Source: Fibrobacterota bacterium
GTDB lineage: Bacteria; Fibrobacterota; Fibrobacteria; UBA11236
Reading direction: 5' to 3'
DNA: 64,000 nt
Assembly (NCBI GenBank): GCA_043753995.1
Contig: JAYUVP010000249.1
Coordinates: 39,684 to 103,683 of the forward strand
Of this stretch, positions 37,066 through 47,251 are shown in pieces. The position numbers and the translations under genes were made by a program. Under the pieces are notes generated by a model. It was not told where the DNA came from. It did no database searches and saw nothing but the letters and a program-made list of their open reading frames with translations. Position 1 is the first letter of the stretch, and the number at the start of each line of letters is the position of its first letter.

Positions 37066-37895
37066 ATAGGATTTACGACGCCTTCGCCTTAGGGCTTGCC
37101 GCCTTTGTCGTCCTGGTTTTGGCCACGCCTTTGCAAGCAGGGCAATGCTTGGGCGACAGCCTGCATTATCGCATTCTCTCTTACGAGGTGGGATATCCCA
37201 ATGTGAAATCCATCACACCCGTGCAAATGCCTTGCGATACCATGGTTGTCGAGGAAGGCAGAATCACGGAAATCTTTCCGGGTACGCTTTTGCATTTCGG
37301 CGACGACGCCCATTTCGATTGCGTTCTGCAAGTGCGCGGGCAATTGGTGGCCAAGGGCACGCCCACCAGGCCTATTTACCTGGCGGGCAATTCGGTGAAA
37401 ACCTCGGTCGGTGTCGTGCATGGAAAAGCGAAATGGGGCGGCCTGCAAATCGACAGTTTGGGTTCCCTCAATTTTCGCCATGTGCGAACCATGAATGCCT
37501 CGACGGCCATCACTTTTTTGGGCAAAGAAAGCCAATTGGACAGCGTTTTCTTTTCCGGTTGCTTTGGCCTCATTCTTCCCGGCGGACGCAATTATGCCCT
37601 GGATCCCCAGGGAAGCTTTTACCCCGAATTCGATATTCTTCGGCCGCCACGCAAGTCCAGTCCTTTGCCCATTTTCACGGTGGCCTCCCCCGTGGCAAGC
37701 AAGAAAGACAGCGCGGCCCATGCGCCTTTATGGGCTTGGGGAGCCGCGGCGGGAGTGTTTTTAGCGGGCGGTGCTGGGGCTTATGTTTGGTGGGAAAATC
37801 AGGATGGCGGCTTGGCTCCAACGACGGATAAGCCTGGGCCCGGGGAATCCTTTCAAAGCCTCCCTCCCACGCCGGGTTCCCTTCCCAGAAAATAA
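37062..37895 (+). CDS. Hypothetical exported protein with C-terminal TM anchor and Pro-rich cytoplasmic tail
   Basis: MNRIYDAFALGLAAFVVLVLATPLQAGQC signal peptide. Start overlaps the stop of 32803..37065 (ATGA). C-terminal helix WAWGAAAGVFLAGGAGAYVWW. The listed ORF 36915.. is an extension in the same frame. Confidence 0.45.
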   Translation: MNRIYDAFALGLAAFVVLVLATPLQAGQCLGDSLHYRILSYEVGYPNVKSITPVQMPCDTMVVEEGRITEIFPGTLLHFGDDAHFDCVLQVRGQLVAKGTPTRPIYLAGNSVKTSVGVVHGKAKWGGLQIDSLGSLNFRHVRTMNASTAITFLGKESQLDSVFFSGCFGLILPGGRNYALDPQGSFYPEFDILRPPRKSSPLPIFTVASPVASKKDSAAHAPLWAWGAAAGVFLAGGAGAYVWWENQDGGLAPTTDKPGPGESFQSLPPTPGSLPRK

Positions 37896-37909
37896 AGCAG
37901 GAAAAAATC

Positions 37910-38860
37910 TTGGCCTTAAGCATTGTCTTCATGGGCACGCCGGAATTCGCTGCCCCTTATTTACCGGCTTTGATTGCCGATGGTCATAAGATTTCCTTGG
38001 TGGTCACTCAGCCCGATAGGCCCAAGGGCCGGGGCCAGCAATTGGCGGCTTCGCCGGTCAAGCTTAAGGCCCTGGAATTAGGTCTTGAAATCGCGCAACC
38101 GGTTTCTCTGCGCACACCCGAATTTCATGATTTGATCGCCGCGCAAAAAGCCGATGTCCTGGTGGTGGTGGCCTTTCGCATTTTGCCAGCCTCTCTTTTT
38201 CCTCTGGCGCGGTATGGCGCGGTGAATGTGCATGGTTCGCTTTTGCCCAAGTATCGCGGTGCCGCGCCGATACAGTGGGCCATCGCCGAGGGCGAAAGCG
38301 AAACCGGCGTGACGATTTTCCAGCTCGATGCCGAAATTGATCATGGCGCACTTCTAGCCTCGGCCTCCTTGCCTATCGGGCCCGATGAAAATGCCGGAGA
38401 ATTATTCGCGCGCCTTTCGGCCCTAGGCTTGAATTTGCTGCGCGAGACCTTGCCCAAATTCGCCGCCGGCACCTTGCCGCCGCGAGAGCAAGCCCATGGT
38501 GAGGCGACGCCCGCGCCCAAGCTGAAAAAAGAGGACGGCCTGCTCGACTTTTCCAAGCCCGCCGCCTGGCTGCACAATCGCGTGCGCGCTTTGAATCCGT
38601 ATCCGGTGTGTTACGCTACCCTGGAGCCCTCCCACCGTAACCTGCGTGTTTATAAGACGGCGCGCCTCGCCGCGGGCGAAGCCCTGGCCTTGCAGCCGGG
38701 GGAATTGGCTGTGGATGCCACGCATTTCCCCCTCGTGGGCACCGGCGACGGCGCCTTGCGCCTCCTCGAAGTGCAGCTCGAAGGCCGCCCCCGCGTCACG
38801 GGCGCGGAATTCGTGAATGGCTTGCGGGGCTTGGAAGGAATGCGCCTGCAGGGGGTTTAA
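37910..38860 (+). CDS. fmt: Methionyl-tRNA formyltransferase
   Basis: IVFMGTPEFAAP; NVHGSLLPKYRGAAPIQWAI; full Fmt pattern. Confidence 0.9.
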   Translation: MALSIVFMGTPEFAAPYLPALIADGHKISLVVTQPDRPKGRGQQLAASPVKLKALELGLEIAQPVSLRTPEFHDLIAAQKADVLVVVAFRILPASLFPLARYGAVNVHGSLLPKYRGAAPIQWAIAEGESETGVTIFQLDAEIDHGALLASASLPIGPDENAGELFARLSALGLNLLRETLPKFAAGTLPPREQAHGEATPAPKLKKEDGLLDFSKPAAWLHNRVRALNPYPVCYATLEPSHRNLRVYKTARLAAGEALALQPGELAVDATHFPLVGTGDGALRLLEVQLEGRPRVTGAEFVNGLRGLEGMRLQGV

Positions 38861-39612
38861 GGGTTCCGGCGCAGTTCGCCTACCCCCTCGATCCTCACCT
38901 CGATATGATTCCAATCGAGCCCGTCACGGAATAGACCAAGGCCGACTTCCACTACCCCGGCGGCACTGCGCTGCTTGCCTTCGGTGGTGTCCCCGTCGAC
39001 GAGATTCCAAGCCCGATTCATGGCCGCTTCCAGGTGAGAGGCTCCTAGCATGGCGGCGAGATTACGTATCACCGCGATATGCCCCAGGGCGCGGCGCGTC
39101 ACTTCTTCGGATAGGGGTCCGCGTAAGAGGGCGATGGCCTCCTGGCCTTTGTGTATTAAGCCTTCGAGAGTTTCGCCATAGCGCTTCGGATCCAAGCCGA
39201 GTTTTAGGCGAGTGCGCGCTGGCGAAGCCACCAGGCTTTCTATGAAGGTATTCAAGACAGGAAAAACGCGCACGGTCACCTGCCGGCCTTCGACGGGTTT
39301 GACCAAAAGGCCTTCCAGCCCTAGGCCGCTGGCCTTCATCACCACCTCGCGTGCGGCTGTCGATGTGATCAACATCGCGGGTATTCCTAAAAATCGGGGA
39401 TCCTTCCGGGCTTTCGCTAAAAGTGAGACTCCATCAATGCCAGGTAAGCGCACATCGAAGAGAAACAAAGCCGGCGCTAATCCTTCGTCTAGGGCTTTCC
39501 AAGCGGCCTCGCCGTTTTCGAATTCGGCGAATTTGAGGCGTCCTTGGGTGGATAATGGCTCGCGCAGGGCAGTGCGCGCAATGGCATCGTCATCGACTAG
39601 CATGACCTTCAT
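38857..39612 (-). CDS. Response regulator (REC domain) with C-terminal domain of unknown function
   Basis: MKVMLVDDD...LFLFDVRLPGIDG (phospho-acceptor Asp context). Start overlaps the stop of the upstream hybrid kinase. Confidence 0.7.
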   Translation of the reverse strand: MKVMLVDDDAIARTALREPLSTQGRLKFAEFENGEAAWKALDEGLAPALFLFDVRLPGIDGVSLLAKARKDPRFLGIPAMLITSTAAREVVMKASGLGLEGLLVKPVEGRQVTVRVFPVLNTFIESLVASPARTRLKLGLDPKRYGETLEGLIHKGQEAIALLRGPLSEEVTRRALGHIAVIRNLAAMLGASHLEAAMNRAWNLVDGDTTEGKQRSAAGVVEVGLGLFRDGLDWNHIEVRIEGVGELRRNP

Positions 39613-41732
39613 GTCAGCGCCTCCATTTCCTTGAGCGATTCTGCGATAGCGGATTCAACGGCGGCCTTTAGGACTTCCAATTCCGTCCAAGTGGCGCCAT
39701 GGGCTCCAGTCTCATCGGCAGCGCTTTCCAAGCGACTGGCCAAGGCAACAAGCTGCGGCAATTTCAAATAGCCAGCAGAGCCTTTGATATTGTGGGCCTC
39801 GCGGGCGAGGCTTTCGCGATTGCGGTTGCTTTGCGCGAGACTCAAGGCGGAGAGTCGTTTTTCGGCCTCTTTTGGCCATAACTTCGCTAAGGCGGTGGAA
39901 AGGGAGGAGTCTTCAGCATTCGCCTTCTCGCTTTCGGAAGGTACGGCAGTCCAACCGGAGTCGCCGGTTTCATTTAAGGGCGGCAGAATAAAGCCTCGCA
40001 GCCTTTGACGGGTGGCGGTCTGTATGAGTTCCCGGCGTAAGTCGGAAGAGCGCAGAGGTTTGGTGAGAAATCCGCTCATACCCGCATCGAGGCAGGCTTG
40101 ACGATCGGCTTCGCCGGCATTCGCGGTCAAAGCGATGATTTCGACTTCAGTGTCCAGCACGGGAGTGTCTGGAAAGCCGCCGCGCCTTATGCATTGGCTC
40201 GCATCAATCCCATCCATCACGGGCATAAGCATATCCATAAATACCAGATCGTAACGAATTTCAGATAATTTACGGCAGGCCTCGGCCCCGTCTTCGGCCC
40301 AATCCACGGTTTGACCCAGCGCTTTCAACATGTGCAAGGCGATATACCGGTTGGTGGGGATGTCCTCCACCAGTAGGATTCTCAGTCGATAGTGCAATTC
40401 CTGCGGAGCTTCCGCAGGCGCGACGACCTTGGGAGGTTCGGACGCCACCAAGGGGAGATCGGCGGTAAATGCGCTGCCTCGCCCGACCAGGCTGTTCACG
40501 CTGAGGGTACCCCCCATGGCAAGGACTAGGTTATGGGTGATGGAAAGGCCGAGACCCGTACCACCGAAATGACGTGTCGTCGAGGTTTCCCCCTGTTCGA
40601 AGGCCATAAACAGGCGGCCTTGGGCCTCGGTGGAAATACCAGGCCCAGTATCGGTCACGGTCAGTCGAATGCCTCCTTTGCCTGTGAATAAATCAGGCTT
40701 GGCTTCGAAGGCCACTTGAATCGATCCCGAGGTAGTGAATTTCACGGCATTGGAGGCGAGATTCAGTAGGATTTGGCGCAAACGCAAGGGATCCCCTTCG
40801 AGCCAGGCGGGGACGTTTTCTTCGACTTTCCAAGAGAAAGCCAGGCCTTTGCCCAGGGCCGTTTGATGCAGGGCATAAAGGCCTTCGGAGAGCAAGGTCC
40901 GAGGATCGAAAGCGATGCACTCCAGGGACAGTCGTCCCGCTTCGACTTTGGCTAGATCGAGTACGTCGTTGATCAAATCCAATTGCGCCTCAGCCTGTCT
41001 GAGCGCCTGCTCGATTTCGGTGCGCGCTTCGGCGGGCAATTCTCTTTTCAAGGTGAGGCCAAGCAGGCCAATCACTCCGGCCACGGGAGTACGTAATTCA
41101 TGGCTCATTTGGGCAAAAAAACGGGACTTGGCTTGTAAACCCACCTCGGCCAGGTGGCGGGCGGCTTCCAGGCGAGACATGGTTTGAAGCAAAAAATGAC
41201 GTAAGACACTTTGCAATGCCAAGGCGACAAGGCCGTATAGCACAAGGTCGAGGGCATGGTTTGAAAAGGGAACAACGGGCTTTACCTGCTTTGAGAACAA
41301 CAGATCGCCCCACCGTCCATAGGCCGACCACAAGACCAAGCTGAATAAGATGTGCAGCAAACCTTCGACGGGACCGAGCAGAATACCGGCGACCATGAAG
41401 ACCAGCATGGCGCAAATAGCCGGTTCGTAGAGGCTTCCGAAATAAAACATGGATGCCCCGAAAAGCGCCCCACTCAATAAGGCGCCATTGGCTGCGAGGC
41501 GATAGTGGCCCAGTCGATTAGCTATAAACATGGTGGCGAGCAAGGTGTAAAGCGCGGCTTTGGGCTTCAGAGGCTCCCATGGCCTTTGCTCACTCTGAAT
41601 AAATAAAAACGTGTCGAAAGTGACGCCGAGAATTATGGCAACCGCAAGCACTCCCCCGAGCACGCGCGCATTGTGATGATCCACGGCGGGACCGGGAGGC
41701 GGCAAAATCCAATGGGAAAGACGTTTTAGCAT
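39609..41732 (-). CDS. Hybrid sensor histidine kinase (multi-TM sensor, HisKA, HATPase, REC, C-terminal Hpt)
   Basis: H-box MSHELRTPVAGV. G-box GGTGLGLSI. Receiver ILLVEDIPTNR...DLVFMDMLMPVMDG. Hpt-like HNIKGSAGYLKL at the C-terminus. Confidence 0.85.
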   Translation of the reverse strand: MLKRLSHWILPPPGPAVDHHNARVLGGVLAVAIILGVTFDTFLFIQSEQRPWEPLKPKAALYTLLATMFIANRLGHYRLAANGALLSGALFGASMFYFGSLYEPAICAMLVFMVAGILLGPVEGLLHILFSLVLWSAYGRWGDLLFSKQVKPVVPFSNHALDLVLYGLVALALQSVLRHFLLQTMSRLEAARHLAEVGLQAKSRFFAQMSHELRTPVAGVIGLLGLTLKRELPAEARTEIEQALRQAEAQLDLINDVLDLAKVEAGRLSLECIAFDPRTLLSEGLYALHQTALGKGLAFSWKVEENVPAWLEGDPLRLRQILLNLASNAVKFTTSGSIQVAFEAKPDLFTGKGGIRLTVTDTGPGISTEAQGRLFMAFEQGETSTTRHFGGTGLGLSITHNLVLAMGGTLSVNSLVGRGSAFTADLPLVASEPPKVVAPAEAPQELHYRLRILLVEDIPTNRYIALHMLKALGQTVDWAEDGAEACRKLSEIRYDLVFMDMLMPVMDGIDASQCIRRGGFPDTPVLDTEVEIIALTANAGEADRQACLDAGMSGFLTKPLRSSDLRRELIQTATRQRLRGFILPPLNETGDSGWTAVPSESEKANAEDSSLSTALAKLWPKEAEKRLSALSLAQSNRNRESLAREAHNIKGSAGYLKLPQLVALASRLESAADETGAHGATWTELEVLKAAVESAIAESLKEMEALT

Positions 41733-41926
41733 GTCGGTTTTGTTCAGTCAGCTAAAAAACCGTATCACGGCCGGGGGCAGACGCGATAGCCGGTTTTTCT
41801 AGATGCCCTTAAGCTTATCCCCGGGCAGCGGTGACCATCAAGGCTGGAGTCATTTCGAGATCAGAATCACGGAATTGACGCATCCCAGACTTCGGAAAGG
41901 GGGTGGCAAGGCGCTAGAATGAGAAT

Positions 41927-43828
41927 ATGCCGACCTTGGGCCAAGAAGTGCTATGTCAAATTTTGACCGAAGCCCTGACCGCGGTCGAAGGTAAAGGGGT
42001 GGATGCGAATGCGGCCTTGCAGCGTCAAGGTTTGGATGCGGCCCAGATTCGTCAACCGAAAAACCGCATCGCATGGGAAACTTTTGCCCTGATTTTACGC
42101 GCTTTCGGCGATCATCTCCACGAGTCGGATTTTCGCGCTGCGGGTGAGAGATTTTGCACCCAGGGCGGTTTTGCTCTGAATGCCTTTCTCTTTCGGACTT
42201 TTTTCACGGTGCGTCAAGGCTATGCCGACTTTTTCGGTCATCCCGGCGCAGCGGGATCGGTCTGGAAGCGCCAAGTCGACTGCCTGGAAACCCGCTGCGA
42301 GGATCGTGGCGCGCGCGGATTACAAGTGACTTTGAAATTGTTGCCCGGCTATGCCATGTCGCGTGAGTTTTTTTGGTTGACACAGGGCATTGCCATGGGC
42401 TTTCCCCGCATTTGGGGCCTGCCTTCGACCTGGGCTGAAACCACTTGGCGTGGCGATGGCATTGTTCTCGATTTTGCCGTGCCCGAGAAAAGCCCTTGGT
42501 TGGCCTGGCTGGGACCTTGGTTGGGTTTGCGATCCGTGTCGCCAATACTTTCACGTGAAACGTTATTGGCGAATCAGGCCCTGCAGGAAAAAAACCGGGA
42601 ATTGGAAATCTGCGTGACGAATTTGAAAACTGCGTACGCAGCTTGTGAGGCCGAAAGGTTACGGGCTGAAATGGCAAATAAGGCCAAGAGTGATTTTCTT
42701 TCGGCTCTAAGCCATGAATTGCGTACTCCTTTGAGCAATATCCTCGGCTTGTCGGACCTGCTCGCCGAGGCATTGCCGCAAGGCGAGGTTCGCAGCGATG
42801 CCCAGGCCATCGCAGAATGCGGCGATACTCTGCGTAGCACCCTCGATCGCCTTCTCGAATATTGCCAAAAGGCCCAGGTTCAGGAAGCGGCGCAAAGCCA
42901 TGAGGTCGATGTGCCCGCCTTGCTCAAAGAATTGGGCGAAGGGTATGCCCCCAAGTGTTATGCCAAGAATATGGATTTTCAATTGACCATACCCAGCACC
43001 TTGCCGCCCTTGTATGGTGATGCACGACGCATGCGCGGGATTTTGGCGGCTTTTCTCGACAATGCAATCAAGTTTACGGACAAGGGCAAGGTGTCACTCA
43101 CCACCTACTTCGAAGGACCGGCCTTGATCTTCACCGTAGAAGACACTGGGCCGGGAATGCCATCGCAGCAAATACCCCGTCTTTTCAAGCCCTTAGAAAT
43201 GGGCGAGACTTCGCCGAACCGATTCCTAGGCGGGACAGGCAAGGGCCTCGCTTTGGCGGCCAAACTTTCCGAATCCTTAGGCGGCGCCATCAGCGCTTCC
43301 AGTCGGCTTGGCGAAGGTGCAAGCTTCAGCCTGCGACTGGCTTTGAGCCGGCTGCCTCCCAAGGTCGGCGCGGCTTGGCCGGATTGGAACGCGGCAAGCC
43401 ACGATAATTCCCCGACCCCATCGGGATCCATGAAGGTTTTGTTGGCCGAAGACAATGAGTTTAATCGAGATGTGACAAGACGTATTTTGGAAAAAGCCGG
43501 ACATCGCGTCGATGTCGCCAAGCATGGACTCGAAGCCGCCATCTCCGCCAAGGCCCGGGCCTATGATGTCATCTTGCTCGACATACGCATGCCGGTCATG
43601 GACGGCCTCGCTGCCGCGAAATCCATTTTGAGAAGCGTCTCGGTAAAACCCAGGCTTATCGCCCTGACCGCCAATGCCGGCGAGGAGGATCGACAAGCTT
43701 GCCTCAATGCAGGATTTGAGCTTTTTTTGCCCAAGCCTGTGGCACCGCTGGAATTATTGGAAGCCTTGACGGGCAATCCAGGGAAAATCCAAAGGGGCAA
43801 GTCGGCCGATGGAGACGGACTCCGGTAA
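41927..43828 (+). CDS. Hybrid sensor histidine kinase (cytoplasmic/peripheral sensor, HisKA, HATPase, C-terminal REC)
   Basis: H-box LSALSHELRTPLSNILG. GGTGKGLALA. Receiver VLLAEDNEFNR...DVILLDIRMPVMDG. Confidence 0.85.
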   Translation: MPTLGQEVLCQILTEALTAVEGKGVDANAALQRQGLDAAQIRQPKNRIAWETFALILRAFGDHLHESDFRAAGERFCTQGGFALNAFLFRTFFTVRQGYADFFGHPGAAGSVWKRQVDCLETRCEDRGARGLQVTLKLLPGYAMSREFFWLTQGIAMGFPRIWGLPSTWAETTWRGDGIVLDFAVPEKSPWLAWLGPWLGLRSVSPILSRETLLANQALQEKNRELEICVTNLKTAYAACEAERLRAEMANKAKSDFLSALSHELRTPLSNILGLSDLLAEALPQGEVRSDAQAIAECGDTLRSTLDRLLEYCQKAQVQEAAQSHEVDVPALLKELGEGYAPKCYAKNMDFQLTIPSTLPPLYGDARRMRGILAAFLDNAIKFTDKGKVSLTTYFEGPALIFTVEDTGPGMPSQQIPRLFKPLEMGETSPNRFLGGTGKGLALAAKLSESLGGAISASSRLGEGASFSLRLALSRLPPKVGAAWPDWNAASHDNSPTPSGSMKVLLAEDNEFNRDVTRRILEKAGHRVDVAKHGLEAAISAKARAYDVILLDIRMPVMDGLAAAKSILRSVSVKPRLIALTANAGEEDRQACLNAGFELFLPKPVAPLELLEALTGNPGKIQRGKSADGDGLR

Positions 43829-44048
43829 CTCTTTTCTTGATTTTGAAGTTGCTCTTGATCGGGTCAATTTGGCGGGATTCAGGCTTGACCCGTTTCGGCG
43901 AAGAGAAATTTTCAATACCAAGCCAATCGTGAGTCGATGGCATCGTAACCGCTTGCGCAGCAATTGGTTATTAAGTTATTTTCAAGCAATCAGATCTCAA
44001 TTATCGTCTCATTCCCATAGTTACGCCTTCTATGCAGGAGAGCCCACA

Positions 44049-45542
44049 ATGCGGCAGCTTTTATCCTTTCGCGCTAAAACCCTAGCTCGGCCCATCGGTC
44101 TTCAGAACCGGATCCTCGCCACGGTGGCTGGCCTAGCTATGGCTGCCCAGTTTACTTCCGCTCAAATTGTGCCTGGCATACGCAATTTTGATGCTGACTC
44201 GATTGAAACCACCATGACCGCCGTGCCCGCCCTTTTGTCCCAGACCGGCATTTACACCGGCATCGCCACCAGTGCCCGTAAAATCTCGGATACCAATTCC
44301 ATCGTTTCTTTCGAAGTAAATAGCCCGCTTTGGACCGATGGGTCAAGCAAGGAAAGGTTTATCTCCTTGCCTCCTGGTGCAGCCAAGGTTATACCCACCG
44401 ATACCTCCAACTATACCTTTCCCCCGAAAACGGTCCTAATCAAGAATTTCATGATAGACACGATATACGGCAATCCCGCCAGCCGCATTAATGTCGAAAC
44501 ACGAATATTGGTTTATCAATCGGGTCTAAAAACTTGGTCGGGTCTCAGCTATAAATGGCGACGGAATCAAACCGATGCCGATCTCATCCCCCCTGAAATT
44601 GACTCGACCTTTGTCCACGGTGTTTGGTTGAATGGCACTCTGGTAGGCAAGCGTTGGCTCTATCCCTCCTCCTTTAGTTGCAAGGCTTGCCATCTCGGGA
44701 AAGAAGCCAATGGCAAAAGGGGAACCCTTGGATTCATCACGCCCCAGCTCAATCGCATTATCAATGGCACGAATCAATTGCAAAGGCTCGTCGACAAAGG
44801 CGTGCTTTCCGTCAACCCGGTAGCGGGCAAGCCGAATGCGCATCGCTGGTATGGCTTAAAAGAAACTTCGGCGACCTTGGAGCAAAGAGCCCGCTCCTAT
44901 TTTGCCGCGAACTGCTCACATTGCCATGGAAACAATAATGTGCTTACCGTCAATCATCGGTTTGATTATTTCAATCCAGCCAAGAAAATCACCACGGCCG
45001 ATGACGAAGGCGGTTTTGTAGGCCTCCATCCCATGGGCAATACCCCGCTTATCACTCCCGGAAATGCGACCACAGACAGCTCGGTCCTTTTGGAGAAAAT
45101 GATGTTTCGCGACGATCAGTTCAACTCCGTCGACAATAGACAAATGCCTCCTATCGCCACTTCCCAACCGGACTCAACGGCCATCCTCTTGATCAAGGAT
45201 TGGATTTGCTCCATGAAGCCTAGCGCGACTTGCAATTTGTCCCCTTGGCTGCCGGACGAAACCTTTTGGACGGGAAAGGAGGAAATCACCGCAGGAATCG
45301 GAAAACGCTCCTTGGCCCATCACCAGGGCGCGGCCTTCCAGCCGCGAATCCTGAATCACCAGCTCTTTATTCCGGTCAATATCGCCGCCTCCAGCAAGGT
45401 GGTTCTGCGCGACTATAGTGGCCGTACCATTCCAATTCAATCCATGGGCAGCGGTTTTTACAAGCTGCCTGCTGGTTTGAAGCGGGGCGTCTATTTGGTC
45501 TCAGTCGGCACGGTTCAAGTGCGATTGAATTATTTGCCTTAG
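44049..45542 (+). CDS. Secreted CxxCH-motif protein (PSCyt1-like cytochrome c module), tandem paralogue 1
   Basis: Start MRQLLSF is preferred; the listed 43809 start is an extension. Signal peptide. CKACH and CSHCH motifs followed by QMPPIA...IKDWI. C-terminal beta tail GVYLVSVGTVQVRLNYLP. About 85% aa identity to 45740..47251. Confidence 0.6.
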   Translation: MRQLLSFRAKTLARPIGLQNRILATVAGLAMAAQFTSAQIVPGIRNFDADSIETTMTAVPALLSQTGIYTGIATSARKISDTNSIVSFEVNSPLWTDGSSKERFISLPPGAAKVIPTDTSNYTFPPKTVLIKNFMIDTIYGNPASRINVETRILVYQSGLKTWSGLSYKWRRNQTDADLIPPEIDSTFVHGVWLNGTLVGKRWLYPSSFSCKACHLGKEANGKRGTLGFITPQLNRIINGTNQLQRLVDKGVLSVNPVAGKPNAHRWYGLKETSATLEQRARSYFAANCSHCHGNNNVLTVNHRFDYFNPAKKITTADDEGGFVGLHPMGNTPLITPGNATTDSSVLLEKMMFRDDQFNSVDNRQMPPIATSQPDSTAILLIKDWICSMKPSATCNLSPWLPDETFWTGKEEITAGIGKRSLAHHQGAAFQPRILNHQLFIPVNIAASSKVVLRDYSGRTIPIQSMGSGFYKLPAGLKRGVYLVSVGTVQVRLNYLP

Positions 45543-45587
45543 GTGTTCGGGCGCCCTTAACTACAGCGCCCTAAGATGCGGACCTGA

Positions 45588-45618
45588 AACAGATGCCCAG
45601 GATAACTAGGCATCTGTT
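45588..45618. terminator. Perfect 10-bp stem / 11-nt loop hairpin (aacagatgcc-N11-ggcatctgtt) preceded by a GC hairpin gggcgc-N11-gcgccc (45549..45571)
   Basis: Seen directly in the sequence. Lies between the tandem paralogues. The GC hairpin is repeated after paralogue 2 (about 47259..47281). Confidence 0.3.
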
Positions 45619-45739
45619 CTCGCCCTGGTTGTGCTCTTTCGGATGTCGCCAAGCGGATTTATTAGTTAAGTGCAAGTAGTCAGGTTTTATTTATCACGCG
45701 CGCTAATTTTTGTATGTCCGAAATGCAGGAGAGCCCACA

Positions 45740-47251
45740 ATGCTGCAGCCGATCTCTTTTCGCCCTAAGACCCTAGCCAGGCCCGCCGGTCTTCAAGGCC
45801 GGATTCTCGCGGTTATTGCCTGCCTGACTGTGGCTGCCCAGCTTACCTCCGCCCAAATTGTTTCCGGCATACGCAATTTTTTCTTTGACGAGATTGAACC
45901 CAATCCCGCCATCCTGGCTGCCGTGCCCAAGCTTTTATCCCAGACCGGCATTTACACGGGCATCGCCACCAGTGCCCGAAAAATTTCAGATACCAATTCC
46001 ATCGTTTCCTTCGAGGTGAATAGCCCGCTTTGGACCGATGGGTCAAGCAAGGAAAGGTTTATTTCCTTGCCCCCGGGGACTGCCAGAGTCATTCCAACCG
46101 ATACGGCCAACTATTCCTTCCCCGCGAAAACGGTTCTGATTAAGAATTTCATGATTGACACTATAGTCGGCAATCCTGCTAGCCGCATTTATGTTGAAAC
46201 GCGAATCCTGGTTTATCAATCGGGGGCAAAAACTTGGTCGGGTCTCAGCTATCAATGGCGGCGGAATCAAAGCGATGCCGATCTCATTCCTCCCGAAAGT
46301 GACTCGACCTATGTCCATGGTGTTAGGTTGAATGGGACTCTAGTAGGCAAGCGTTGGCTCTATCCCTCATCCAAAAATTGCAGGTCATGCCATATCGGAA
46401 ATGAAGTCAATGCTAAAAGGGGAGCGCTTGGATTCATCACCCCCCAACTCAATCGTATCATTAATGGCGCGAATCAATTGCAAAGACTCGTCGACAAAGG
46501 CGTGCTTTCCAACAATCCCGTGGCTGGCAAACCAAATGCGCATCGTTGGTATGGATTGAAGGAGACTTCGGCGACCTTGGAACAAAGGGCCCGCTCCTAT
46601 TTCGCAGCCAATTGTTCACATTGTCATGAAAACAATCATGGGCTCACCGTCAATCATCAGTTCGACTATTTCAATCCGGCCAGGAAAATAACCACGGTCG
46701 ATGACCCCATAGGTGGTTATTTGGGCCTGCATCCCAAGGGCAATACGCCACTCCTCACACCTGGGAATGTGACGTTTGACAGCTCAGTCATTTTGGAAAA
46801 AATGATGCATCGCGTGGATCAGCTCCCTAGCACCTCGCTCGAAAATTCCCAAATGCCTCCCATCGCCACCTCCCAACCGGACTCTGCGGCCGTGCTCTTG
46901 ATTAAGGATTGGATTTGCTCCATGAAGCCTAATGCGACCTGCACTTTATCACCTTGGCTGCCGGACGACACCTTTTGGGCAGATTCTTTGGAAATCTCCG
47001 TAAGTATCAGAAAACAACAGCGGGCTCATCCCCAAGGCATGGCCATTCAGCCGCAAATTTTAAATCACCAGCTTTTCATTCCCGCCAATATGACCGCATC
47101 GAATAAGGTGGTTCTGCGCGACCATAATGGCCGCACCATTCCAATTCAATCCATGGGTAGCGGTTTTTACAAGCTGCCTGCTGGTTTGAATCGGGGCGTC
47201 TACTTGGTCTCGGTCGGCACGGTTCAGGTGCGATTGAATTATCTGCCTTAA
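45740..47251 (+). CDS. Secreted CxxCH-motif protein (PSCyt1-like cytochrome c module), tandem paralogue 2
   Basis: MLQPISF start; the upstream sequence GAGAGCCCACAATG is duplicated from paralogue 1. CRSCH and CSHCH motifs. Identical C-terminal tail to paralogue 1. Confidence 0.6.
   Translation: MLQPISFRPKTLARPAGLQGRILAVIACLTVAAQLTSAQIVSGIRNFFFDEIEPNPAILAAVPKLLSQTGIYTGIATSARKISDTNSIVSFEVNSPLWTDGSSKERFISLPPGTARVIPTDTANYSFPAKTVLIKNFMIDTIVGNPASRIYVETRILVYQSGAKTWSGLSYQWRRNQSDADLIPPESDSTYVHGVRLNGTLVGKRWLYPSSKNCRSCHIGNEVNAKRGALGFITPQLNRIINGANQLQRLVDKGVLSNNPVAGKPNAHRWYGLKETSATLEQRARSYFAANCSHCHENNHGLTVNHQFDYFNPARKITTVDDPIGGYLGLHPKGNTPLLTPGNVTFDSSVILEKMMHRVDQLPSTSLENSQMPPIATSQPDSAAVLLIKDWICSMKPNATCTLSPWLPDDTFWADSLEISVSIRKQQRAHPQGMAIQPQILNHQLFIPANMTASNKVVLRDHNGRTIPIQSMGSGFYKLPAGLNRGVYLVSVGTVQVRLNYLP

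Noticed and set aside
43809-44048. N-terminal extension of cytochrome paralogue 1 (listed start 43809); similarly 36915..37061, 52089..52295, 55671..55823, 22493..22582, 6426..6569
   Set aside because: In each case a downstream Met gives a canonical signal peptide or family N-terminus and removes overlap with a neighbouring well-supported gene. The upstream extensions are low-complexity.
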